Positions 41,094 to 51,926 are shown, counted from the stretch's first letter. The stretch is 64,000 nucleotides of DNA from Geopsychrobacteraceae bacterium (GCA_963662315.1 OY759353.1:4000001-4064000); one strand, 5' to 3'. The notes: generated by a model from the sequence alone, not told the origin. Numbers and translations are program-made.

Positions 41094-42422
41094 ATGATTC
41101 GAGGGCTTGCTGCGTTTTTCACCAAAATTGTCCGTCGTTGGCTGCCGGACGCATTTCTGTTTGCTGCAATTTTGACGTTTATTGTCTTTGTTTTTGGAGT
41201 GATTCTTGAGGGGCAATCACCCATCTCTATGGTGAAATACTGGGGAGATGGTTTCTGGAAACTGCTAGCTTTTGCCATGCAGATGGTTTTGGTGCTGGTG
41301 ACCGGTCATACCTTGGCAAAGACCAAAGTTGTTGAAGGTATTCTGAAGGGAATCGCCGGAATAGCTAAAACCCCATCCCAGGCCATTATGGTGACGACTT
41401 TTGTTGCATTGGTTGCCTGCTGGATCAACTGGGGGTTTGGACTGATTGTTGGTGCTTTGCTGGCCAGGGAAATGGTTAAAAAGGTTAAAGGAATTCACTA
41501 CGGACTGCTGGTTGCCTCAGCCTATACCGGGTTTATTATCTGGCATGCCGGACTGTCCGGGTCGATCCCTCTTAAGATTGCTGATGGTAAAGGGTTCATG
41601 GCCCAAATTACCGGGGGCGTTCAAATCCCTGTCGCTGACACGATCTTTTCCGGATACAGCCTGTTGATTTGCGTTATCCTGCTAATCTCCTTACCGATTA
41701 TCAACGTGCTGATGTCACCCAAGGAAGAAGAAGTCATCGAGGCGGATCCTGCATTGTTTGCCGATGACGAAAAAGTTGTCGAGGTTAAGCCAAAGTCAGA
41801 GATGACCCCCGCTGAAAAAATTGAGAACTCGATGATAGTTTCTCTGCTGCTGGGAATTCTTGGTATGGCGTACATCGTCTATTATTTTACTACCGGAGGT
41901 TCTTTAGGACTCGATAGCGTTAACCTGATCTTCCTGTTTTTGGGTATTCTGCTCCACAAAACTCCGGCCAATTACCTGCGGGTCATGAATGAAGCGATTA
42001 AAAATACGGGTGGTATTGTTCTTCAGTTTCCCCTTTATGCCGGGATTATGGGAATGATGGTCGGTTCAGGTCTGGCAGCATCGATTTCCGAATGGTTTGT
42101 CCAAGTTTCTACCGTTACCACCTTCCCCTTCTTCACCTATCTTTCCGCAGGTATTGTTAACTTCTTTGTTCCGTCAGGTGGGGGGCAATGGGCTGTCCAG
42201 GGACCAATTGTCATGCCTGCTGCCAAAGCCCTTGGTGTTCCTTTGGGAAAAGCGGCAATGGCAATTGCCTGGGGGGATGCCTGGACCAATATGGTACAGC
42301 CCTTCTGGGCGTTACCGTTGCTTGGCATTGCCGGACTGGGAATTCGCGATATAATGGGCTACTGCACCGTTGCCCTGATCTGGGGCGGAGTCGTGACATC
42401 CCTGATTCTGCTCATCATGTAG
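41094..42422 (+). CDS. atoE: Short-chain fatty acid transporter AtoE
   Basis: RWLPDAFLFA, WGDGFW.LL.FAMQM, INWGFGL, QFPLYAGIMG, PSGGGQW, WGDAWTN..QPFWALP. Confidence 0.93.
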   Translation: MIRGLAAFFTKIVRRWLPDAFLFAAILTFIVFVFGVILEGQSPISMVKYWGDGFWKLLAFAMQMVLVLVTGHTLAKTKVVEGILKGIAGIAKTPSQAIMVTTFVALVACWINWGFGLIVGALLAREMVKKVKGIHYGLLVASAYTGFIIWHAGLSGSIPLKIADGKGFMAQITGGVQIPVADTIFSGYSLLICVILLISLPIINVLMSPKEEEVIEADPALFADDEKVVEVKPKSEMTPAEKIENSMIVSLLLGILGMAYIVYYFTTGGSLGLDSVNLIFLFLGILLHKTPANYLRVMNEAIKNTGGIVLQFPLYAGIMGMMVGSGLAASISEWFVQVSTVTTFPFFTYLSAGIVNFFVPSGGGQWAVQGPIVMPAAKALGVPLGKAAMAIAWGDAWTNMVQPFWALPLLGIAGLGIRDIMGYCTVALIWGGVVTSLILLIM

Positions 42423-42478
42423 TGTCGCTGAGGCAGCTTTGCCGCTGCCTCATTAATTAACTCGATAGGGGTTGTGTT

Positions 42479-43657
42479 ATGAAAGAAACCTATATAGTCG
42501 GTGCGGCCCGCACAGCGATCGGAAGTTTCGGTGGCAGCCTGGCCGGGACTGACCCGGTTGAACTTGGCAGGGTTGCGGTTAGCGAAGCCCTGCGACGTGC
42601 TGGTGTCAGTGCGGAAGAGATTGATGAAGTGATTCTTGGTTGTGTCTTGCAGGCGGGATTAGGGCAGAACATCGCCCGTCAGGTGCTGATTGCGGCAGGC
42701 ATCCCGCAGGACAAGTGTGCCCAGACCCTGAATATGGTCTGTGGCTCCGGTTTGCGCACTGTTGCTGCCGCGGCGCAGGCGATTGCCGCGGGAGACTCTA
42801 GACTTGTTGTTGCTGGTGGTAGCGAGAACATGAGCATGGCGAATTACCTGCTGCCCAAAGCCCGTAACGGTTACCGCATGGGGAATGGCGAGATTGTCGA
42901 CTCCATGGTTCATGACGGGCTGACGGATATCTTCAATCACTACCATATGGGGATTACCGCCGAGAACCTGGCAGCCAAGTACGCGTTAAGCCGTGAAGAT
43001 CAGGATGCTTTTTCGGCGCTCAGCCAGCAACGGGCCGAAGCGGCCATTACGGCAGGTCGGTTCAAAGACGAGATCGTGCCGGTGCTGATTCCGCAGCGTA
43101 AAGGCGATCCTGTTGTTTTTGATACGGATGAATTCCCCCGTTTCGGTACAACCGCTGCATCCCTCGGCAAACTGCGTCCCGCCTTTAAAAAAGACGGCAC
43201 CGTTACCGCCGGGAATGCCTCCGGTGTCAATGACGGCGCGGCCGCCATCGTTGTTGCCGGAGCGGACGCCGTCAGCGCAAAAAACCTGACACCCCTGGCG
43301 CGGATCGTCTCCTACGGCTGGCATGGTTGTGATCCGGCCATCATGGGGATCGGCCCGGTCGAAGCGACGCGGCTGGCCCTGAAAAAAGCCGGTTGGACGG
43401 TGGGTGATCTTGACCTGATCGAAGCCAACGAAGCCTTTGCCGCCCAGTCGTTGTCGGTGATGAAAGAACTGGAGCTTGATCCGGCCATCACCAACGTCAA
43501 CGGTGGCGCCATCGCCCTTGGCCATCCCATCGGGGCCTCCGGAGCCCGGATCCTGACCACGCTGCTGTACGAGATGCAAAAGCGCGATGCCAAGAAAGGT
43601 CTGGCGACCTTGTGTATTGGTGGCGGCATGGGTATCGCCATGTGCGTAGAACGCTAA
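42479..43657 (+). CDS. atoB: Acetyl-CoA C-acetyltransferase (thiolase), copy 2
   Basis: Same catalytic motifs as copy 1; 12 aa differences by manual count. Confidence 0.95.
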   Translation: MKETYIVGAARTAIGSFGGSLAGTDPVELGRVAVSEALRRAGVSAEEIDEVILGCVLQAGLGQNIARQVLIAAGIPQDKCAQTLNMVCGSGLRTVAAAAQAIAAGDSRLVVAGGSENMSMANYLLPKARNGYRMGNGEIVDSMVHDGLTDIFNHYHMGITAENLAAKYALSREDQDAFSALSQQRAEAAITAGRFKDEIVPVLIPQRKGDPVVFDTDEFPRFGTTAASLGKLRPAFKKDGTVTAGNASGVNDGAAAIVVAGADAVSAKNLTPLARIVSYGWHGCDPAIMGIGPVEATRLALKKAGWTVGDLDLIEANEAFAAQSLSVMKELELDPAITNVNGGAIALGHPIGASGARILTTLLYEMQKRDAKKGLATLCIGGGMGIAMCVER

Positions 43658-43668
43658 GGGAGATCATC

Positions 43669-44367
43669 ATGAACAAAGAAGTGACAATCGTCGAGGCCAT
43701 GACGCATATCAAAAGCGGCATGACCATCATGAGTAATGGTTTCATGGGAGTCAAAAGCCCCGAAACCATTATCGACGCCATGGTCGAACAGGGGATTAGC
43801 GACATCACCCTGATCTCCACCGACACCGCCGTACCGGGTGTCGCCACGGGGAAGTTGATCGGCAACAAGCGGGTAAAAAAACTCTATGCCTCCCATATCG
43901 GCCTCAACCCCGAATCGGGTGCCCAGATGAATGCCGGGGAGATGGAGGTCGAACTGGTACCGCAAGGCACCCTGGCCGAGCGGATCCGCTGCGGGGGGGC
44001 CGGTCTCGGCGGCGTTCTGACCCCGACGGGAATCGGGACCGAAGTTGAAAAGGGGAAACAGAAACTGACCGTCAATGACAAGGAGTATCTGCTGGAACTG
44101 CCGCTGCATGCCGATGTCGCCATCATCAAAGGGACCATCTGCGATCGGGCTGGAAACGTCTTTTACCGTGGCACCTCCAAAAACTTCAGCCTCGTCATGG
44201 CGATGGCAGCCGATTACGTCATCGTCGAAGCGGACAAGATCGTCGAAGTGGGAGAGCTTGGTCCCGAACAGATCATGACCCCCGGAGTGTTTGTCGATGC
44301 CGTGGTGCTGTCGGACGCACAATACCGGATAGCTGAAGAGAAACTGCAGGAGGTGCTCCATGGCTGA
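43669..44367 (+). CDS. atoD: Acetoacetate CoA-transferase subunit alpha, copy 2
   Basis: Paralog of 36461-37159; ATG 43669. Confidence 0.92.
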   Translation: MNKEVTIVEAMTHIKSGMTIMSNGFMGVKSPETIIDAMVEQGISDITLISTDTAVPGVATGKLIGNKRVKKLYASHIGLNPESGAQMNAGEMEVELVPQGTLAERIRCGGAGLGGVLTPTGIGTEVEKGKQKLTVNDKEYLLELPLHADVAIIKGTICDRAGNVFYRGTSKNFSLVMAMAADYVIVEADKIVEVGELGPEQIMTPGVFVDAVVLSDAQYRIAEEKLQEVLHG

Positions 44368-44995
44368 GCTGAGCGATAAAGAGATCATTGCCAAACGCGC
44401 CGCGCAGGAACTGCAAGACGGCGACGTGATCAACCTGGGCATCGGACTGCCGACCCTGGTTTCCAACTATGTCCCGGACGGGGTGCACATCACCCTGCAT
44501 GCCGAAAACGGTATCCTCGGGATGGGTCCCCTATGCGCGCCCGGAGAAGAAGACAGCGACATCATCAATGCCGGTAACCAGCACGTACATATCCTGACCG
44601 GAGCGAGCTTCTTTGACAGCGCCACCTCCTTCGCCATCATCCGTGGCGGTCATGTTGATGTGACGATTTTAGGAGCCCTGCAGGTCGACCAGCAGGGGAA
44701 TATCGCCAGTCACGTTGTGCCGGGTAAAATGGTGCCGGGGATGGGAGGAGCGATGGATCTGGTGGCCGGAGCCAAGAAGGTCATTGTCGCCATGCAGCAT
44801 ACGGCAAAAGGGACTCCCAAGATCATGAAGCAGTGCACCCTGCCGCTGACCGGGGTGAAATGCGTCGACATGATCATTACCGAAAAGGCCGTCTTTGAAG
44901 TGACAGACAAAGGGCTTGAACTAAAAGAGATCATGCCGGGTTCTTCGCTTGAGGATATTCAACAGTTCACCGACGCCGAGATTATCGTTGCATAA
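44360..44995 (+). CDS. atoA: Acetoacetate CoA-transferase subunit beta, copy 2
   Basis: Paralog of 37152-37787. Confidence 0.92.
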   Translation: MAELSDKEIIAKRAAQELQDGDVINLGIGLPTLVSNYVPDGVHITLHAENGILGMGPLCAPGEEDSDIINAGNQHVHILTGASFFDSATSFAIIRGGHVDVTILGALQVDQQGNIASHVVPGKMVPGMGGAMDLVAGAKKVIVAMQHTAKGTPKIMKQCTLPLTGVKCVDMIITEKAVFEVTDKGLELKEIMPGSSLEDIQQFTDAEIIVA

Positions 44996-45083
44996 GCATC
45001 GGTAACAGAACAAACAGATCCAAGGCGGGCCCCTTCACCCTGTCTTCGAATTAAAGGTGCCTCAGAGGTGAGCGCACTGATTG

Positions 45084-45115
45084 CCCGGGCGGCTTAACGC
45101 TGCCCGGGATTTTTT
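45084..45115 (+). terminator. Intrinsic terminator, copy 2
   Basis: Same hairpin and T-tract as 37876-37907. Confidence 0.85.
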
Positions 45116-45141
45116 ATGAAAAGGTGGCGTCTTCTCTGGTA

Positions 45142-46056
45142 CTAAAAGGTCAGAATACTGTCGAGAATAAGGATCGACAGGAGTAACGCCATCGAGATGT
45201 TGGTCAGGTGAAAGGCTTTGAGGGTGTTTCCGTTACCTGCCACCTGCAGACAGGCTTTGGTCATCAACATTGCCAGCAAGAACAGTCCCGTCAAAAAGAG
45301 AACAACCAGGGTCGGGTGACTGATAAAGCCAAACAGCGGAAAGAGTAGATAACATAACAATAATGCCAGGAGCCAGCAGGAATTGATTTGCAGCAGACGC
45401 CGGGTTGGGATCGATTCAAACAGGTTGGGTAACCCGCTTCTTTGCAGATCGTCACGGTAGCGGCATAGCAACAGCCAGGTGTGAGGGATCTGCCAGATAA
45501 ATAAAGTTCCGGCCAGGGTCAGGGATTGTTGGGTCAGCAGGAGACCGCCTGCCGCTGTCCAGCCGATCAATGGTGGCAGCGCACCACAGAGGGCACCGGG
45601 AATAGCGGCAAATGGAGTACGCTTTTTTAGAGGTGTGTAAATTGCGTTGTACCAGATGATGGCAAGCAACCCAAGCAGTAATGGAAGTTTGTAAGGTAAG
45701 GCATTAAGCAGGATAATGCCTGCACTCAGAGCCAGTGTCGCCAGGACCAGGACACTTTCCGGTGACAGCAGGCCGACAGGCAAAGGTCGATTCTGGGTGC
45801 GCAGCATCTGGCTGTCAAGATCCTGCTCCTGCCATTGATTAAGGGCAGAACATCCAGCCGACAGCAGCCCGACGCCGAGGGTAACAAAGAACATGTGCAG
45901 ATCCCACAGCCCATCGGCAAACAGATATCCGGCCAGGGTCGACAGGGCAACCATCATCGACAGTTCAAGGCGGAACAGTGCCCTTAACGACCTGACCTGA
46001 GCCAGCATACGTGGTTTTTCAAGGGCCAATGTTTTTACCTGGGGTGGTTTCTGCAC
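45142..46056 (-). CDS. ctaB: Protoheme IX farnesyltransferase (heme O synthase)
   Basis: ALNQWQEQDLD..M.RT.NRPLP.G, YTPLKKRT, GALPPLIGW, WQIPH. Confidence 0.92.
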   Translation of the reverse strand: MQKPPQVKTLALEKPRMLAQVRSLRALFRLELSMMVALSTLAGYLFADGLWDLHMFFVTLGVGLLSAGCSALNQWQEQDLDSQMLRTQNRPLPVGLLSPESVLVLATLALSAGIILLNALPYKLPLLLGLLAIIWYNAIYTPLKKRTPFAAIPGALCGALPPLIGWTAAGGLLLTQQSLTLAGTLFIWQIPHTWLLLCRYRDDLQRSGLPNLFESIPTRRLLQINSCWLLALLLCYLLFPLFGFISHPTLVVLFLTGLFLLAMLMTKACLQVAGNGNTLKAFHLTNISMALLLSILILDSILTF

Positions 46057-46094
46057 GGATAAATCCCCTTTGTTCTGTTGTGAAATCAGAAACT

Positions 46095-47309
46095 TTACTG
46101 TTTCAGTAAATACTGAATAATGGCATCAATCTCATCCGGACTCAGATAGTCCGTAGCTGGCATCATGGGTGCGTACCCTTTGACCAGTTCACTGTTTGGT
46201 TCGAGTAAGGCTTTGCGTAAATAATTTGCGTCGACTTTTATTGTCACTTCTTTGCCATTCCGTTCGATCGTGACGTCTCTGCCGCCCAGTCCTTTAAAGG
46301 TTGGGGCAATACTTTCACTGCCGTCCGTCGAGTGACAGCCGATGCAGCCATTTTCTTCGATCAGGGTGGCTCCATCAGGCCCTGCTGGCGGTGTTAATGC
46401 TTTGCCTAGTAGAAAATCAACGACGGCTTGCAGATCATCGTTGTTGATCGTGGCTTCGTCATAATCTGGCATCATTGGATCGTAACCTTTGACGATTTCG
46501 CTGCCCGGATCCCTGATAGCGCGTTTCAGATAAGCTTCATCGATGGTGATTTCGATGGCCTGCCCATTCTTGTCCAGTTGGCGCGGTGCCCCCGCAAGTT
46601 CAAACAGGCTGGGAGCAATCCCGTCGCTGCCATCAAGGCTGTGGCAGCCGAGACAGCCCTGTTCGTTGAGAACGGTCAGTCCTCGTGGTTCTGTGCTGGT
46701 TTCTGGTTTTGGTTCCGCCCATTGTGTATAGTCTGTTTCTGGCAGAACTTCGATTGTGGTCAGCATGTCGGCATGGCCGACGCCGCAATATTCGGTACAC
46801 TGAACGTCATAACTGCCCGGCTCGGTTGCCTTGAACCAGACGTAAGTATCCATACCGGGGACCATGTCTTTTTTAATGCGGAAGGCGGGGACAAAGAAGC
46901 TGTGGATGACATCGGTGGAGGTCAGCATGACCTTGACCGGCTTGCCCACCGGGACATAGAGTTTTGTTTCTTTGCGGCCATCCGGATAGACAAATTGCCA
47001 TGACCACATGCGACCGATGGCTTTAACCTCCATCGCATCCTTGGGAACTTCTGTCAGGCCGACATAATTTGTCCAGCCATACCAGAACATGGTCATAACA
47101 ATAATCAGTGGCAGGACCGTCCAGATCGTTTCCAGTAACCAGTTGCCGTGGCAATCAGAGGTTGGTTCCGGGTTTTTTGACCGCCGGTATTTGATGACAA
47201 AATAGATGGTGACAACAGTAATTCCCAGCAGCAGTAACAGGGAAAAACCGAAAATATAGATCAGAACATTATCGACAGCCTGGGCCGTGGGGTTATTCAG
47301 CTGGTTCAC
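46095..47309 (-). CDS. coxB: Cytochrome c oxidase subunit II with two C-terminal c-type heme domains
   Basis: LETIWT, DVIHSF, CuA motif CTEYCGVGHADM, CLGCH and CIGCH. Confidence 0.95.
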   Translation of the reverse strand: MNQLNNPTAQAVDNVLIYIFGFSLLLLLGITVVTIYFVIKYRRSKNPEPTSDCHGNWLLETIWTVLPLIIVMTMFWYGWTNYVGLTEVPKDAMEVKAIGRMWSWQFVYPDGRKETKLYVPVGKPVKVMLTSTDVIHSFFVPAFRIKKDMVPGMDTYVWFKATEPGSYDVQCTEYCGVGHADMLTTIEVLPETDYTQWAEPKPETSTEPRGLTVLNEQGCLGCHSLDGSDGIAPSLFELAGAPRQLDKNGQAIEITIDEAYLKRAIRDPGSEIVKGYDPMMPDYDEATINNDDLQAVVDFLLGKALTPPAGPDGATLIEENGCIGCHSTDGSESIAPTFKGLGGRDVTIERNGKEVTIKVDANYLRKALLEPNSELVKGYAPMMPATDYLSPDEIDAIIQYLLKQ

Positions 47310-47318
47310 GGATCACTC

Positions 47319-47615
47319 CTAACGATAAAGGATATCGGTAAACGTCAGACCGACAAAAATAGCCAAAATCACGATCAATACCAGCAGGCCGATTTTAAAA
47401 AGGCGTGATTCCTGCTTTAAATGCATAAAAATAAAGATGACCAAAGCCGACTTGATCGAGGCGATCCCCAGCGCTGCCCAGACATGCAATGCTCCCAGGT
47501 GAATGCGTGACACGATAACGGTAATGATGGTCAAAACCAGCAGCGCAACCCAGACGAGGACGAAGGTCCGGTAGGGGACCGGTTCGTGTTTGTGCTCATG
47601 TTCGTGTACAGACAT
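47319..47615 (-). CDS. coxD: Cytochrome c oxidase subunit IV
   Basis: Three TM helices, IASIKSALV..IFMHLK. Confidence 0.88.
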   Translation of the reverse strand: MSVHEHEHKHEPVPYRTFVLVWVALLVLTIITVIVSRIHLGALHVWAALGIASIKSALVIFIFMHLKQESRLFKIGLLVLIVILAIFVGLTFTDILYR

Positions 47616-47623
47616 GGTTCACC

Positions 47624-48223
47624 TCACAAAATCAGATAATAAAGGGGGAACAGGAAGATCCAGACCAGATCGACCAGGTGCCAGTAAAGAGCGCTGTTTT
47701 CCAGTAGGGTATAACGATCGCTGGTCACTTTTCCTTTGGCAACCATTCTGGCAACAATGGCGATCAGAGAACCGCCCAGCACAACATGGAGCCCGTGCAG
47801 GCCGGCCGTAAAGTAGTACAGATTGAAGAAGGATGAGACTCCTGCTCCCATTTCGGCCAGGTGTTCAGAACCAGGATAAATACCGTGACTGATCTCTATG
47901 GACCATTCAAAGTATTTGTTGATCAGAAACACGATGGCCAGAACGATGGTGATCCAGCACAAATTAACGCAGCGCTTGGTCTCATTGCGCTGAATGGCCG
48001 TAATGGCCAGAGCAATGGTCAGACTGCTGGTGAGCAGAACCAAAGTGTTGATGGTTCCGAAATAAATATTCAGTTTGTGGCTGGCCTCGGCATATTGCGC
48101 GGGAAACTTAGCCAGAGAAATTGCGTAGAGAATAAAGAGCCCGCTAAACAGAATCACCTCGGTATACAGGAACAGCCACATACCGAAGCGGGCGCCGACA
48201 TCGTCGCGGTGTTCAATACTCAT
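47624..48223 (-). CDS. coxC: Cytochrome c oxidase subunit III
   Basis: GMWLFLYTE..LF, NTLVLLTSS, GLHGLHV, LYWHLVDLVW. Confidence 0.95.
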   Translation of the reverse strand: MSIEHRDDVGARFGMWLFLYTEVILFSGLFILYAISLAKFPAQYAEASHKLNIYFGTINTLVLLTSSLTIALAITAIQRNETKRCVNLCWITIVLAIVFLINKYFEWSIEISHGIYPGSEHLAEMGAGVSSFFNLYYFTAGLHGLHVVLGGSLIAIVARMVAKGKVTSDRYTLLENSALYWHLVDLVWIFLFPLYYLIL

Positions 48224-49838
48224 CGGCTACGACTCCTTTAAATTCATAGGGACCTTTGGTGACAACTGGATCCTGCGGTCCAAAATTATCCATGGGGGGT
48301 GGTGACGGAACCTGCCATTCCAGCGTTGCCGCGCCCCACGGGTTCATCCCGACGATTTTCCCTTTTCGAATCCCGTGCCAGAAATTGGCAAACATCATGA
48401 TCAGGCCAACGGCCAGCACCCAGGAACCGATAGTCGCAACCAGGTTAAGGGTGTGAAATTCCGGCAGATAGTCGTAATAACGACGCGGCATCCCCTGAAT
48501 ACCAACGGCCTGCATGGCCATGTAGGTGACGTTGAAACCGACAAACAGCAGGGCAAAGGCGATCATTGAAATTTTGTGATTGTACATACGACCAGTGAAT
48601 TTGGGCAGCCAGTAGTGAAGAGCGCCGAAAAAGGCAAAGCCGAGCCCGCCGAACATGGTGTAATGGAAGTGGCCGACAACAAATGTCGTATCGTGCAGGT
48701 GAATATCGCTGGCAGCTGCCCCAAGAGCCAGCCCACCGAGGCCGCCGATGGAGAAATTGAAAATGAAAGCCAGCGCATAAAGCATGGGCGGTGCCATTTC
48801 GATTGATCCCTTATAAAGGGTTGAAACCCAGTTAAAGACCTTAATGGCGCTGGGAATGGCAACAATAAAGGTTAAAAAGGAAAAGATCATGATAGCAAAA
48901 TCACTCATGCCGCTGGTATACATGTGGTGAGCCCAGACCAGAGAACCAGCAAACGCAATCGCCAGACTGGAAAAGGCCATGGCCCAGTAACCAAATAACG
49001 GCTTGCGTGAGAAAGTTGGAATGATCTCAGAAATAACTCCCATGCCGGGCAGAATCATGATGTAAACCGCCGGGTGGGAGTAGATCCAGAACAGGTGCTG
49101 GAACATGATCGGGTCACCGCCGCGGGCCACATCAAACAATCCGGCCCCGAAGATTCGTTCAAGAATGACCAACACCAGGGTGATTCCCAGCATTGGCGTG
49201 GCCAGGACCTGAATCCAGGCCGTGGCGTAAAGGGTCCAGACGAACAGCGGCAGGCGACCCCAGGTCATCCCTTCAGCCCGCAGCCGGTGGATAGTGGTGA
49301 CGAAATTGATACCGGTAAGGATGGATGACATGCCGAGCATGAAAGCGGCGAAAGCCGCCAGACTGACGTTAGTACTGGTCTGGGTACTGAACGGGACATA
49401 GAAAGTCCAGCCGGTGTCCGGGGCTCCTCCCCCGGAAAAGATGGCAACCACAGCAAGAATGGCACCAGCCACATAACAATACCAGGACAACAGGTTGATC
49501 TTCGGAAAGGAAACGTCCCGTGCACCGATCTGAATCGGCAGAACCAGATTGCCGAATGCTGCCGGTACGCTGGGGATGATAAACAGGAAGATCATGATAA
49601 TGCCGTGGACCGTAAATGTAGCATTGTACGTCTGTGGTCCCATAATGGTGACCCCGGGAGCTATCAGTTCCAGGCGGATGGCGATACCCAGGCAGGCACC
49701 GATAATAAACATGGTGACAATGCAGCAAAGATACATGATGCCGATGCGTTTGTGGTCGGTCGACAACAGCCAGCCAAGAATTCCTGATCTTGGACTTTCA
49801 CTGTAGAATCCGGTATTGGTCAAAGTAGTATCGGTCAT
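48213..49838 (-). CDS. coxA: Cytochrome c oxidase subunit I, type A2
   Basis: DHKRIG, HG, GWTFY, FWIYSHPAVY, VWAHH, HFH, GMPRRY. Confidence 0.97.
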   Translation of the reverse strand: MTDTTLTNTGFYSESPRSGILGWLLSTDHKRIGIMYLCCIVTMFIIGACLGIAIRLELIAPGVTIMGPQTYNATFTVHGIIMIFLFIIPSVPAAFGNLVLPIQIGARDVSFPKINLLSWYCYVAGAILAVVAIFSGGGAPDTGWTFYVPFSTQTSTNVSLAAFAAFMLGMSSILTGINFVTTIHRLRAEGMTWGRLPLFVWTLYATAWIQVLATPMLGITLVLVILERIFGAGLFDVARGGDPIMFQHLFWIYSHPAVYIMILPGMGVISEIIPTFSRKPLFGYWAMAFSSLAIAFAGSLVWAHHMYTSGMSDFAIMIFSFLTFIVAIPSAIKVFNWVSTLYKGSIEMAPPMLYALAFIFNFSIGGLGGLALGAAASDIHLHDTTFVVGHFHYTMFGGLGFAFFGALHYWLPKFTGRMYNHKISMIAFALLFVGFNVTYMAMQAVGIQGMPRRYYDYLPEFHTLNLVATIGSWVLAVGLIMMFANFWHGIRKGKIVGMNPWGAATLEWQVPSPPPMDNFGPQDPVVTKGPYEFKGVVADEY

Positions 49839-50599
49839 TTTTTCTTCTTTCTTCCGCCGAGGATAAGAAAAAGTAAAAAGCTCCCCAATGTTAACAGGAT
49901 AACGGTGGCGCTGACACGCATCAGGTTGAAGACATAACGGCGTCCTTCCGGGTCGTAACTGAAGCAGAACTGCAGAGCCTTGCTGATCGGTTTGCCGATG
50001 CGACCTTCGTTGGCTTCAAGCAGTGCCATGGACAGATCAATCGGGGAAAAGCGCTGGCCAATCAGGTAGCGGACAATGGTCCCGTCTTTGGTGACGACAA
50101 AGGCTGCAATGGGATGCAGGAAGTCATTCTTTTCCTTTTTGAAATAGTAGCCGGCTGAATCGGTCAATTTAAGGATGTTTTCCTGGGTACCGGTCAGAAA
50201 TCTCCATGCTTCTTTGGGATACGGCGCCTGCATCGCTGTGAGAAAGGTCTGTTTACTATGGGCCGCCATCGCGGTTGTTTCTTCGGGGGCAAAGCTGATG
50301 GTGATGACGTTGTAGGATTCTCCTGGCTTCAGTTTGACCTCCGGGAGCACGGCAGAAAGGCCACCCAACATCATATTGCAGACATTGCGACAGTTGTAGA
50401 AAACCGGAACGATCAGGGTCGGTCGGTCGACCAACTGGGATAGATTAACGCTGGCCCCCGTTGAGTCGACGAAATCAAGATTCAGGGGGATTTTTTGGCC
50501 GAGTTGTTCTATCAGCTCAACTTTGTCGTTGGCCGCAAATAGCGGTCCTGCCGAGAAGAACAATACAACAATTAGAGTGAGTACGTGTCTAGTCAGCAA
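49835..50599 (-). CDS. SCO1/SenC family copper chaperone
   Basis: CRNVC (CxxxC), WRFLTG, conserved His (FLHP); first gene of the cox operon. Confidence 0.9.
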   Translation of the reverse strand: MLTRHVLTLIVVLFFSAGPLFAANDKVELIEQLGQKIPLNLDFVDSTGASVNLSQLVDRPTLIVPVFYNCRNVCNMMLGGLSAVLPEVKLKPGESYNVITISFAPEETTAMAAHSKQTFLTAMQAPYPKEAWRFLTGTQENILKLTDSAGYYFKKEKNDFLHPIAAFVVTKDGTIVRYLIGQRFSPIDLSMALLEANEGRIGKPISKALQFCFSYDPEGRRYVFNLMRVSATVILLTLGSFLLFLILGGRKKKK

Positions 50600-50774
50600 A
50601 ATCCCTCGCGGTGTAGTCGATAATGGGTTAAGGATAGTTGGACTATAACGGTTGGATTGCCATTAAAGAATACACATTGCCTTGGAGTTTGTAAATCCTC
50701 ATAAAAAAATCGGTTGGCAGTAAGTAGCCTCTCAAGCTATATAAAAACTGCGCAAAACAAAGGAGACAATTGGT

Positions 50775-50969
50775 ATGTACGAAGAGCTGCAGGAACGTTT
50801 GACCGAACTCGAGATCAAATTTTCTCATCAGGCCTTGCAGGTGGAAGAACTTAACGAGGTTGTCATTGACTGCCATAAGCGTATTGACCATCTGGTTAAA
50901 GATAATCACCGCCTGGCCAGAATGCTTGAGACGTTAGCGGAAAATCTTGAGGAATCTCCGGATGAGTAA
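50775..50969 (+). CDS. slyX: SlyX family protein
   Basis: ERLTELEIKFSHQ...EELNEVV coiled coil; AGGAG RBS. Confidence 0.8.
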   Translation: MYEELQERLTELEIKFSHQALQVEELNEVVIDCHKRIDHLVKDNHRLARMLETLAENLEESPDE

Positions 50970-51489
50970 CAGCTTTTTCAGAGCAGATCTGCGCCGGGTT
51001 ATTCTGGAGGCGCTGATTCTGGTTATTCTGGCTTTTGCTGTCGGACTGAGTCTTCATTTTCCCATGGTTTTCAGTGTTTTTTCCGGAAAAACGGTCACAT
51101 CCTCTGGCACGGAAAAAACTCAGATGGAGGCAACTGCAAATCAGCAAGAATTATTACCACTGCCGGTAATGCTTGATGAATTGGATTCCTTATTAGCCGC
51201 TGGCGCGGTCCTGATAGATGCACGCAGTTGTTCCGCTTATCAGACTGCTCACCTTCAGGGGGCTGTCTCTCTGCCTTTAGGCCAGGCTCAGGAGGGGATC
51301 GCAACCTTGCAGGGTGATGTGCCATTGGATACAACCCTCATTGTTTATTGCAGTGGGTTTGGTTGTCCCGATTCGTTTGATCTCGGAGTGTTATTATTGC
51401 AAGCAGGCTATACTGACGTGCTGGTATATGAAGGTGGTTTTCCTGAATGGAAGGATGCCGGGCGGCCTCTTGCCGGGGAGGGGCATTGA
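50962..51489 (+). CDS. Membrane-anchored rhodanese-like protein
   Basis: N-terminal TM, IDAR...Y..AHL.GA, VYCSGFGC.DS, YEGGFPEW. Confidence 0.88.
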   Translation: MSNSFFRADLRRVILEALILVILAFAVGLSLHFPMVFSVFSGKTVTSSGTEKTQMEATANQQELLPLPVMLDELDSLLAAGAVLIDARSCSAYQTAHLQGAVSLPLGQAQEGIATLQGDVPLDTTLIVYCSGFGCPDSFDLGVLLLQAGYTDVLVYEGGFPEWKDAGRPLAGEGH

Positions 51490-51491
51490 CA

Positions 51492-51926
51492 ATGATGGCT
51501 AAATCTTTTCATCATGTCTGCCGTCTGGTTCTGGCTGCAGTATTTATTTATGCCGGTGTGATCAAGGCTCACGATGTTGTCGGGTTTGCCGGGCAGATTG
51601 CCAATTACCAGATATTGCCCTACGCCTGGAACTACCTGGTTGCCGCGACGTTGCCATATCTTGAGTTGCTCTGCGGCTTCCTGCTGTTAATCAACCAGCG
51701 TATCCGGCCTGCGTTGCTGGTGTTATGTGTTCTCAATGTGGTTTTTATCGCAGCTCTTGCGTCAGCCCTGGTTCGTGGTTTGGATATCGATTGCGGCTGT
51801 TTTAAACCAGGATCTGAAACGCCTACGACCCCGCTTATGGCTATCCTGCGTGATCTGCTGTTTTTGCTGATGATACTTATTGCCTGGATTACCTCCGCTA
51901 AGACGTGTTCCCGGGAGAGTGACTGA
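51492..51926 (+). CDS. MauE/DoxX family membrane redox protein
   Basis: RLVLA.VFIYAG..K, LPYLE, RGLDIDCGCF, ILRD. Confidence 0.88.
   Translation: MMAKSFHHVCRLVLAAVFIYAGVIKAHDVVGFAGQIANYQILPYAWNYLVAATLPYLELLCGFLLLINQRIRPALLVLCVLNVVFIAALASALVRGLDIDCGCFKPGSETPTTPLMAILRDLLFLLMILIAWITSAKTCSRESD

Larger units (their letters stand above)
42477..45124 (+). repeat. Copy 2 of the 2,648-bp direct repeat
   Basis: Colinear with 35269-37916. Confidence 0.95.
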
